A DNA stretch of 64,000 bases from a virus. Shown piece after piece: positions 56,488-64,000 of the stretch (positions are counted from its first letter, which is position 1; every line of letters begins with the position of its first letter). The translations under genes were made by a program, and so were the position numbers. The DNA lies in IMG/VR virus record IMGVR_UViG_3300033553_000478, positions 1 through 64,000 of that record, one strand, 5' to 3'. Below the pieces are notes generated by a model. That model saw only the letters and a list, made by a program, of their open reading frames with translations, was not told the origin of the DNA and did not search any database.

Positions 56488-56914
56488 TCAAAAATATGTG
56501 TTTTTCAAAAGTCGCGAAGGAGGTAAATCTGAGCGAATTGAAAAAACTGAAGATGAATTAACCAAGGAGGAAAAGGATCTGATTTATGGTAATCTGATCA
56601 ATACTTGGAATAATTGTCCTAAAGAAATTCAAATGAAATTTATGCAGGAATGTATAAGCATTGCTGGAGAAGATTTTGAATTACGTTTCCAAAGTACCAG
56701 AAATGCTTTTGAAGAAAGGATTGAGCTTGATGCTCGTATCACAGATATGGTGAATGAATGGCGCAAGGACAGATCTGGAACAGAATTATTTCATACAATG
56801 ATGAAGGTGTTACATAAAAACTATTCATATGTAGAGATAACCACTGTTGGTGGACCTTTTAAACAACCAACCCTGTACGTGAAAATTCACGATGGATTAC
56901 AAACTTTTAATTAA
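56480..56914 (+). CDS. hypothetical protein
   Basis: Coupled ORF. Confidence 0.5.
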   Translation: MSDQKYVFFKSREGGKSERIEKTEDELTKEEKDLIYGNLINTWNNCPKEIQMKFMQECISIAGEDFELRFQSTRNAFEERIELDARITDMVNEWRKDRSGTELFHTMMKVLHKNYSYVEITTVGGPFKQPTLYVKIHDGLQTFN

Positions 56915-56931
56915 CCCTTAATTATAAATCA

Positions 56932-58044
56932 ATGTCAAACAAAGAAGAACAAATCGAAGAAGTAGAAATCGTAATCATTACCGATGAGCAAGTTGATGCT
57001 CTTCCTCAAAAAGCTGTAGCTACGGTAAGGAGTCTTAAAGGATCCTTACCTCACGCTCAGCTGCAAATTTTTATACCGGTAGTTCAAAAATATATTGAGC
57101 TTCGGGAAATGGCTTCCAAATTGAAATTGGAGCGTGATGAAAATGGAGAGATAAAAAAGGAATGTATCGAATCCTATAAAGAAGTAAAAAAATCTATTGG
57201 CTCTTTCAATGGTGATTTGAAACGTGAAATCAAGAAAATTAAGGATCCTTTGAATTCTATTAAATCAGATGTAATTTCTGTGGAAAATACATTTAAGGAA
57301 GAGTCTGACGAAATAAAAGAAGCTGTTCTGGAAGAGTTTAAGGAATATGAAGATGCTGAAACCAAGAGAAAAGAGGAAGCCAAAAAGAAAAAAGATGCGG
57401 CCCTGTTAGCTCAGATTGAAGAAGCTAATGAGGAAACTGAAGCTTTGAAACTGCAGCAGGATAAAATGAATATCTATAATGAGATCCGGGTAAACAGAAT
57501 TACCAAGGATATTACAGATGCTACTGCAGATGCTCTGGATGAAATGAATGAACTATCCCTGGAAAGATTGAAAGCTGGTATTGCCCAAAAGACTTGGGAA
57601 ACGATCACAGCTAATCAAAAGGTGGAACTTCTGGATGAGGATGTTCAGTCCGAGCTTATCACTGCTTTTGATAAAGCCAAGCAAAGAGCAATCGCTTCTA
57701 TTGATGATAAGCTTCAAAAATATGAGGATGAGAGAGAGAAGGAAGTTACCGAGAGAGTTGAGAAAACTTCAATTCCACCGGCACCAAGCTCCAATCATAT
57801 TGGAGGCTTTGGAGGTCCAAGCATTCCACCGCCACCTTCTCCGGAAGAAGAACAGCACATTCAGACTGTGGCCACCAACGTTGTGGAAATTCACAAGAGA
57901 TCTGAGCCCGATTTCATTAAGTATATCGTGGATAAGATTGCAGCCTATGAAATGGCCGTTGATATTAAAGTTCAACAGGATGGGGCAACGCCTGGTCTTG
58001 TTACTTTGAAGAATAGATTTGTCAAATTTAACTCTGAACTGTAA
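56932..58044 (+). CDS. coiled-coil protein, DUF1351-like, with Pro-rich segment
   Basis: Long coiled coil (REIKKIKDPL); IPPAPS and IPPPPSP. Confidence 0.5.
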   Translation: MSNKEEQIEEVEIVIITDEQVDALPQKAVATVRSLKGSLPHAQLQIFIPVVQKYIELREMASKLKLERDENGEIKKECIESYKEVKKSIGSFNGDLKREIKKIKDPLNSIKSDVISVENTFKEESDEIKEAVLEEFKEYEDAETKRKEEAKKKKDAALLAQIEEANEETEALKLQQDKMNIYNEIRVNRITKDITDATADALDEMNELSLERLKAGIAQKTWETITANQKVELLDEDVQSELITAFDKAKQRAIASIDDKLQKYEDEREKEVTERVEKTSIPPAPSSNHIGGFGGPSIPPPPSPEEEQHIQTVATNVVEIHKRSEPDFIKYIVDKIAAYEMAVDIKVQQDGATPGLVTLKNRFVKFNSEL

Positions 58045-58889
58045 TGCTGAAAGACGTTAAGTTAACTCTGAAATTTCCGAAGCTTGATAAAGCTTTGGCG
58101 AAAGACAAGGATATGAGAGCCGATGATCCCCGCAAGGGTATCATCGTGCTCAATAATAATGCGATTGTAATGAATTACAATTTCTGTATTGTTATTGACC
58201 TTATGGATTATTTTACGATCGACTGTGGTATCGACGATGATCAGGAGATTGCCGAATTAAAGAAGATCTTGTTTTATATGGATGAGAAGGTTTTCAATAA
58301 GGAATATTGGGGAGAGCTCACCAATGGAGCAAATATGAAAATGAATGGTGACTCCCTGTTTATTGAAACCCCGAAGTACTCCAAGGATCTTCATTACAAA
58401 CATCTGGAGGTAGATTTACTTGAGCCGTTGGAAAACATCAAAGCTGTATCTGAATCTGATCAGAATCTTGTAAGTACTATCGCTTTGCCGTTTGCCGCAA
58501 TCAGTCAGATATACAATGTGCTATCTGCAGACTTCAAAGGTGATTATATCATATTTGAATTTGCGGACCAGACAAGGCCTGTGAAGTTTACTTTCAGGAA
58601 TCGTAAGCACGTATACGGGTACATATATCCGCATTATGATGCAGCTCAGGAAGGTTTCAAGTTTGAAACTATGAAGGAGTTCATAAGGGATGAGTATGTG
58701 CGTGATGTTCTTTCTGAACTTCAGGAGAAAAAGAAAAAGTCTTTAGCTCCACCGCCACCACCGCCAACGGAATTGATTGAGATCCCTGCAGACGAGAACC
58801 AGACAGATATGTTTGGAGGTGATATCCTTTCAGGAAAGTCCTGGCAGAGAGTTAATATGACTGTTGTAAAACCAGATGATAATGACTAA
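58044..58889 (+). CDS. possible divergent beta-clamp-like domain protein
   Basis: IIFEF..QTRPVKF...VYGYIYP resembles the end of a clamp domain; poly-Pro and QTDMF tail. Confidence 0.35.
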   Translation: MLKDVKLTLKFPKLDKALAKDKDMRADDPRKGIIVLNNNAIVMNYNFCIVIDLMDYFTIDCGIDDDQEIAELKKILFYMDEKVFNKEYWGELTNGANMKMNGDSLFIETPKYSKDLHYKHLEVDLLEPLENIKAVSESDQNLVSTIALPFAAISQIYNVLSADFKGDYIIFEFADQTRPVKFTFRNRKHVYGYIYPHYDAAQEGFKFETMKEFIRDEYVRDVLSELQEKKKKSLAPPPPPPTELIEIPADENQTDMFGGDILSGKSWQRVNMTVVKPDDND

Positions 58890-59601
58890 TATTTCTGCCA
58901 ATACAAATAGCACGAAAGAAAATCCGGATGAACTATATTTCACCTGGTACTTAGATGAATTAATGCATTATGGTTTCCTGAAAAATTATGACAGGGAGCC
59001 AGAAACATTAATTGTACTCCCTGCCTATGAGCATTTAAGGCAGAAGCATTTTCAGACAAAGGCAAATGAGAATGAGAACTTTAATTTGACTCAGCCTTTG
59101 ACATATACTTATGATTTCAGATTGATCTGGGAGGAAGCTGCTATTCATATTTTCACTGAAGCATTCAGGAAGGGTTTACCCTTTAAATATGGAGAACCTA
59201 CATTCGTTTCGCATTACATAAAACTGCATGGCGGAGTAGAGCTGGTATCTTTTGTAGATGTAAAGCCACACGTTTCAGCTGCTAATTTTGGTGGAGGTAA
59301 ATTATCTACATATTACACTTTTCCATTAATTCAGAAATTCTTAATGGCCACAAGGAACCTTTATATAAATAAGGTTATTCCGAAGAACCAAGGGAAACAC
59401 GGAATCAATACTTGTCTATTTGCCAAGACGTTCACGCCGAACCGGTATGAGTATACAGATGAAGCTAGAACCTTCAGGAAAATTCCCTGGAAGAAAACTT
59501 CAATAACTTCTTATGTAAATAAACAGAGGAATGTTCTTGATATGTTGGAGGCACAGGAAAATAAAAAGAACGCTAAAAATAATCAGCAAACTTTATTGTA
59601 A
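58876..59601 (+). CDS. PD-(D/E)XK endonuclease (T7 endonuclease I-like)
   Basis: ELYF...YTYDF...FVDVK. Confidence 0.6.
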   Translation: MIMTNISANTNSTKENPDELYFTWYLDELMHYGFLKNYDREPETLIVLPAYEHLRQKHFQTKANENENFNLTQPLTYTYDFRLIWEEAAIHIFTEAFRKGLPFKYGEPTFVSHYIKLHGGVELVSFVDVKPHVSAANFGGGKLSTYYTFPLIQKFLMATRNLYINKVIPKNQGKHGINTCLFAKTFTPNRYEYTDEARTFRKIPWKKTSITSYVNKQRNVLDMLEAQENKKNAKNNQQTLL

Positions 59602-59828
59602 TGAAGATAGTCCACAATGCTCGGCCGAGAATTGCCGGAATGACAAGGGCAGCAGTTATGAGTGTAGCATTAACGTTGTATGGTACCAACCGTACAGCGT
59701 TAATTATCACTAAAGGAGATCCTTTCCTTTACCTTAGATTGCTCAAAGAGTATGGAGTTCAGGCGAAAGCTATTCCAATTCGTAGAGATCAAAGATTAAT
59801 CGGTTATAAATTCAAAAACGTATCATAA
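59601..59828 (+). CDS. hypothetical protein
   Basis: Coupled ORF. Confidence 0.45.
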   Translation: MKIVHNARPRIAGMTRAAVMSVALTLYGTNRTALIITKGDPFLYLRLLKEYGVQAKAIPIRRDQRLIGYKFKNVS

Positions 59829-60250
59829 TGAAAAACAAATTTTCCTCCGCATTGTATATTCCTTCAGGATTGATTGTAGGATATATAATATTATTTCTAT
59901 TCTTATTTCTTTCCTGTTCAGTTAATGATCATCCACCTGAAAATAAACATAGCGTGATTATTGACCTGGACAATCTTGAAACATATCAATTCGCAGATCT
60001 TAATGAAACTGATTTTGACGATATGATCAAAGAGAATGGAGCAAAATTATTCAATGGCCATAGTTACAGCTATACCATTGAAGGAGATCGTATCACTTTA
60101 GAAACTGGATTGAGGCCCCTTGAAATAAGGTTGTTTACAAATGCCATTACTCCAGAGTATAGATTGTTAGAAATAAGTGATAATAACACTGTCACTTACA
60201 GGCGCACATTGTATGAATATGTTGTGCCTGTTTATCCCTGGAGTAATTAA
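59828..60250 (+). CDS. putative lipoprotein/membrane-anchored protein
   Basis: Hydrophobic segment ending LFLSC. Confidence 0.5.
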   Translation: MKNKFSSALYIPSGLIVGYIILFLFLFLSCSVNDHPPENKHSVIIDLDNLETYQFADLNETDFDDMIKENGAKLFNGHSYSYTIEGDRITLETGLRPLEIRLFTNAITPEYRLLEISDNNTVTYRRTLYEYVVPVYPWSN

Positions 60251-60261
60251 AAATTATAAAA

Positions 60262-60894
60262 ATGAAAAAACAAAAACCGCCTATAGGATTGTTCCCTCGA
60301 AAACTTCACGAAGAAGATAGGTACAAAAAAGTATCTGATGCTATTTTAAGACGTATTTCAGCTGGATTGGAAGTATCTGAAGATTGGCTACAGGAATACA
60401 ACGAGCTTGTAGTGAAAATGGAATTTAAGGAAGAAGAAGATGGAGAATTGATAATTCACGATCATCCCTTGAAGCCATCTGAATCAGCTAAGTTGAATCG
60501 TGGAGAATCTTTAAATGAAGAATCTGAATGGACTCCTAAGAAACATCGAGAAAATTTGTTGTTTGCTATTAGGAACGATTTTGGCCCCGGGTGCGAAGCA
60601 ATCTGTAAAGAACGCGCCAGACAGAAAGAGGTGAAAAATTTTCACGTTCATAGGGATGAGCAGCTTTATAAAAATGAACAGCTTGCTCAGGCAGCAGTAT
60701 CATATGCATTGCATCCAAATCATTTGTATTTGGAAGAAAATCATACTGATAGAATGAGTCAATTTTGGCCTTGGGATCAAAAATATTGGAAGCCTACTCC
60801 TGAAGATCGCTATACAGAATTTAAAAAAGCCGGCGCTTTATTGGCTGCGCAAATTGATGTAACCATAGCTCAGAAAAGTGAAGGCCGTAATTAA
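60262..60894 (+). CDS. phage protein with MazG-like all-alpha domain
   Basis: ERARQ...LAQAAVSYA...WPW...WKP...KAGALLAAQID. Confidence 0.6.
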   Translation: MKKQKPPIGLFPRKLHEEDRYKKVSDAILRRISAGLEVSEDWLQEYNELVVKMEFKEEEDGELIIHDHPLKPSESAKLNRGESLNEESEWTPKKHRENLLFAIRNDFGPGCEAICKERARQKEVKNFHVHRDEQLYKNEQLAQAAVSYALHPNHLYLEENHTDRMSQFWPWDQKYWKPTPEDRYTEFKKAGALLAAQIDVTIAQKSEGRN

Positions 60895-61017
60895 TCCGGA
60901 AACAGGAATCTTAGAGATTACTCCGGAGAATAAAGCAGAAAAATATTTATTAAATGGGTGGCATTCTGAGAACAAATCAAATCTCTTAAGTCACCACGTA
61001 ACTATAATTGATAAGAA

Positions 61018-61419
61018 ATGAATAAAGATAAATCACAATTGCATTCAGAAGTTTTAGCTTCTCAAGGAATAAAAGAATTAATGGAAATCTGTCACTTAGC
61101 TTCCCGAAATGGAGGTTGGTGGCACGATCTCAAAACAGGTGAGAAGCTTCAGCGAAATAAAGGTGAAATGCTTTGCCTTATTCATAGCGAGATATCCGAA
61201 GCTATGGAGGGAGAGCGCAAGGGCCTTATGGATGATAAACTTACCCACCGCCCAATGGCTGAGGTAGAACTTGCTGATGCTGTAATCAGAATTATGGATT
61301 ATGCTGCAGGGTTTAATTATGATCTGGCCGGAGCAATCATTGAAAAAATAGAATTCAATGCTCACAGAGCTGATCATAAACCTGAGAACAGATCAAAGGA
61401 AGGAGGTAAGAAGTTCTAA
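61018..61419 (+). CDS. MazG-like nucleotide pyrophosphohydrolase
   Basis: LIHSEISEAMEG...EVELADAVIRIMD...KIEFN. Confidence 0.85.
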   Translation: MNKDKSQLHSEVLASQGIKELMEICHLASRNGGWWHDLKTGEKLQRNKGEMLCLIHSEISEAMEGERKGLMDDKLTHRPMAEVELADAVIRIMDYAAGFNYDLAGAIIEKIEFNAHRADHKPENRSKEGGKKF

Positions 61420-61558
61420 TGAAAAGAGTAAAACTAACTCACGGGACAGCTCGGGTATCTGAGGATTGTCCTGATGAGGTAATTGATATGCTGGACAAAT
61501 TGTCCAGATTAGTCTATATGAAAAATATAGAAACCGTAGAATTTGATAATAAAAAAGA

Positions 61559-61915
61559 ATGACTACAGGAGAAAAAAGATTGGTACTGGAGAATATAATC
61601 AGTGCCACCCACACACTTCATAAAATTCAAGAGCTGCAAATTTTACCCCCTTGGCAGAAACAAATGAAGAATTATGGAAATTTATTTCTTAAAGAACTTC
61701 TTAGAGTTGAAGGATATTTTAATCAACTTGATAATGAAACTCCGGAAGCTGTAGAACTTTATGAAGATTACTTTGATGTAATGAAGATTATTTCCAGAGT
61801 AAATATCCATCGTATGGATGATCTGCTGAAAGTGCTTCAGGCCTTTGAGAAAGAGCCCGCAATACTCACAGGAATTTGCCACAACATAATTGAGGAAAAA
61901 CCTGAAGAGTCTTAA
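61559..61915 (+). CDS. hypothetical protein
   Basis: Last ORF of the plus-strand module. Confidence 0.5.
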   Translation: MTTGEKRLVLENIISATHTLHKIQELQILPPWQKQMKNYGNLFLKELLRVEGYFNQLDNETPEAVELYEDYFDVMKIISRVNIHRMDDLLKVLQAFEKEPAILTGICHNIIEEKPEES

Positions 61916-61963
61916 ATGTTTGTTAAGTCATTGATAATTATATAATTAGATGAATTAAATTTG

Positions 61964-62088
61964 ACCACGTTGAAGGTTGCTGGGGGGCATACCAAGACGT
62001 GGTTTCTACCCTTCGGATCTTATACATAAATAAGCTTCCGAAGGTTTTAGAAAGGAAAAACCCGCTGCGTAGGGGTCAGCGGGTTTTT
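61964..62088 (+). ncRNA. candidate structured small RNA (three consecutive hairpins)
   Basis: TAAATTTG at 61956; stems ACCACGT/ACGTGGT and CCTTCGGA/TCCGAAGG, then a terminator; strand uncertain. Confidence 0.4.
62056..62088. terminator. bidirectional terminator between the converging modules
   Basis: AAAAACCCGCTG-N9-CAGCGGGTTTTT. Confidence 0.85.
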
Positions 62089-62130
62089 ATTAATGTCTAT
62101 TTAAACTTAGCCTTGCGAATATAACAAAAT

Positions 62131-64000
62131 TTAAAAGATACTTCCAAGTAAATTATTGGTTGTTTGTATCGCAGGCGCAACCATCTTATTCTCTAACTTT
62201 TCCAAATTCATATAATAATTTGAATCCCAAAACAAGTCGTTCGCCGTATCGCTGGCTAAACTGGCGCCAGCTAATCCAATTATTGTTGTCATTGCCATTC
62301 CTTTCAGACCGCTATCAAGGCGTGCTCTTTGATCTGGTGACAAACTCTTTCTGTACTCAACGAATCCCTGTGGATCATTCATTACGTGACGGACCATTTT
62401 ACCGACGGAGCGCAAGCTACCAATGTGCTGCTTTCCGTAGATATTGATATCCTCTTTTGAGAATCGATCGTGTACCATTGTTGGCAGAAACTTACTAAAC
62501 TGCAGCATCATATTACCCCAGGAGTACATTTGTGCTACTCTCTGGTCAGTAGGCTGATAGCCTCTACCATGGGAAGCTTTTACTTTATCTTCAAGTTCGA
62601 TGAGTCTGTGATTATCTATTGGCCATTCGCCTTCGTGATAGTTTCCATTCTCGTCGAATTTATTTAATTCTTCTTCAGTCAGCAGTCCTATCATATGCAC
62701 TTGCTGAATCCACTTTTCTGAATAGATCATTGGTGATAGAGCCAGATCAGAAAATACCGCATCTAAGCCGTTTTTCTTTTCCATATTTACCTCATCATAT
62801 ACATTGATCTCCATAAAGTTCAGACTCTTCATTATCCCGGCCATTCTTCGCTTCCTTGCGAGTACACCATTCAGGCCACCTTCCAAACCTTTATCCAATC
62901 CCCAGAATCTCTTTTCGCCTTCAATCCATTTTTTACCACCAAGATCTTTGATGTTGTGGTATTTCCCAACCAGTATGTTACCAATGGAATACAATCCGTA
63001 GGTGTTTTTGTTAGCCTGGTAACCCAGAGCATAAAATAAATTGAACCTCGTTAGAGCATTCAGTATTTTATCTCCATCCTTTCCTAAAGCAGACTCTTGC
63101 CTTTCCCCTTTCGTGAAATAATCTTTCCAGACTTTCTGAACGTGGATATTCATATTAGGCAAGTTGTTCTCCCTATTAAATGCAAGTACACCATCGATGT
63201 AACCTTGCAACTTTTCCATTCCTTTAAAATTCTTATTCCCGTTGACAAACAGCGTAGAATGTATGTAATCCCCAAGGGCCTTATTCAAGTCCATTGTGGG
63301 AAGCTCCGTAGCTTTTACAGATCTGTTATTGACAAATCTGTTTATTGCTCCGAATCCTAAAGCTGTTTCCATTCCAACAGTACCGTGAATGATCTTGGAT
63401 CCATCTTCATTCTTTCCAGTTTTCAAAAGCTGTAAAGCTTTTTTCTTCATTTTACGGTATTCCATAATCCTGTTAATGTCATTTTTCCTATGAACATCTG
63501 CAGAATCTCTCTTGAATATATCTTCAATATGTTTGAAGTTCATCAATTTAGTTTCTCCGGAACGTGGATCCTTGTAATTCATTTTCACATCGTAGATAGC
63601 TTCATCATCTCCCCTGGAGTTTACCATTAGTCCCAGAAGTCCTCTTGCTGAGAAAGCTTCAAGCTTGCTCATTGCCGTATGAGGGATGTAATCTTCTTTT
63701 CGCTTCTTAGCCGCTTTAGGCGGCATAAGCTCATTGGTAGTTTTCCTGAAGAAATCATAAAAATCTTTTTCTGTTGCAGAAATATAACCTGCTTTAAATT
63801 CCCTCTCCATTTCATCCTGAGGACGTAATTTGAAATTATAGGTTAGATTGCCCTGCTTGTCTAAAACTTCCTCTCTGGTCACCAAATTGCCATACAGCCT
63901 ATCATAAATCTCAGATTGTCCTATAGTGAACATATCTCGGATCCTTCTGATAGTTCCCATAAAAGTACGCTTGGAGCCATAGCCCAATTTCTCTTTATAG
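62131..64000 (-). CDS. C-terminal part of a large protein, probably internal virion/cargo protein (start outside the window)
   Basis: Frame open to the window edge; helical with HGRGY...QF..F pattern; position at the end of a late-strand unit. Confidence 0.55.
   Translation of the reverse strand, partial: YKEKLGYGSKRTFMGTIRRIRDMFTIGQSEIYDRLYGNLVTREEVLDKQGNLTYNFKLRPQDEMEREFKAGYISATEKDFYDFFRKTTNELMPPKAAKKRKEDYIPHTAMSKLEAFSARGLLGLMVNSRGDDEAIYDVKMNYKDPRSGETKLMNFKHIEDIFKRDSADVHRKNDINRIMEYRKMKKKALQLLKTGKNEDGSKIIHGTVGMETALGFGAINRFVNNRSVKATELPTMDLNKALGDYIHSTLFVNGNKNFKGMEKLQGYIDGVLAFNRENNLPNMNIHVQKVWKDYFTKGERQESALGKDGDKILNALTRFNLFYALGYQANKNTYGLYSIGNILVGKYHNIKDLGGKKWIEGEKRFWGLDKGLEGGLNGVLARKRRMAGIMKSLNFMEINVYDEVNMEKKNGLDAVFSDLALSPMIYSEKWIQQVHMIGLLTEEELNKFDENGNYHEGEWPIDNHRLIELEDKVKASHGRGYQPTDQRVAQMYSWGNMMLQFSKFLPTMVHDRFSKEDINIYGKQHIGSLRSVGKMVRHVMNDPQGFVEYRKSLSPDQRARLDSGLKGMAMTTIIGLAGASLASDTANDLFWDSNYYMNLEKLENKMVAPAIQTTNNLLGSIF

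Noticed and set aside
1-64000. Stop-codon reassignment (TAG or TGA), as seen in some crAss-like phages
   Set aside because: TerL, portal, MCP and the other long genes are uninterrupted in the standard code, and no suppressor tRNA is evident.

Overview
This window is part of a crAss-like (Crassvirales-type) phage genome, probably infecting a Flavobacteriia/Bacteroidota host. Evidence for the host is TAnnTTTG promoters, A-rich leaders without Shine-Dalgarno sequences and a Bacteroidota-type DnaB; the genetic code is standard. Bases 1-30.4 kb (minus strand) hold the late module: a tRNA-like RNA, Tad2/DUF2829, GroES-GroEL, terminase, portal, scaffold, major capsid, conserved crAss head-tail genes, tail fibres, a lysis cassette and a partial muzzle gene. 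Bases 30.7-61.9 kb (plus strand) hold the early/replication module: a RepL-like initiator beside a repeat-rich putative origin, a RadC/JAB protein, a helicase-methyltransferase, a PRTRC ubiquitin-like cassette (E, Ubl, F-like, E2, E1/ThiF), DnaB, HU, an SSB-like protein, a Dda-like helicase, a 5'-3' exonuclease, a PAPS-reductase-like protein and MazG-like proteins. No DNA polymerase or primase is recognisable in the window. From 62.1 kb to the end is the C-terminus of a large minus-strand protein, probably virion cargo. The most notable observations are (i) a phage-borne E1-E2-Ubl cassette, (ii) a predicted pseudoknot-stimulated -1 frameshift that adds a DDLPF tail to the SSB-like protein, (iii) a recurrent IPPPP motif in replication and PRTRC proteins, (iv) an aberrant tRNA-like RNA and (v) a plasmid-like replication set-up. 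All product calls come from motif recognition by eye; no database searches were run.
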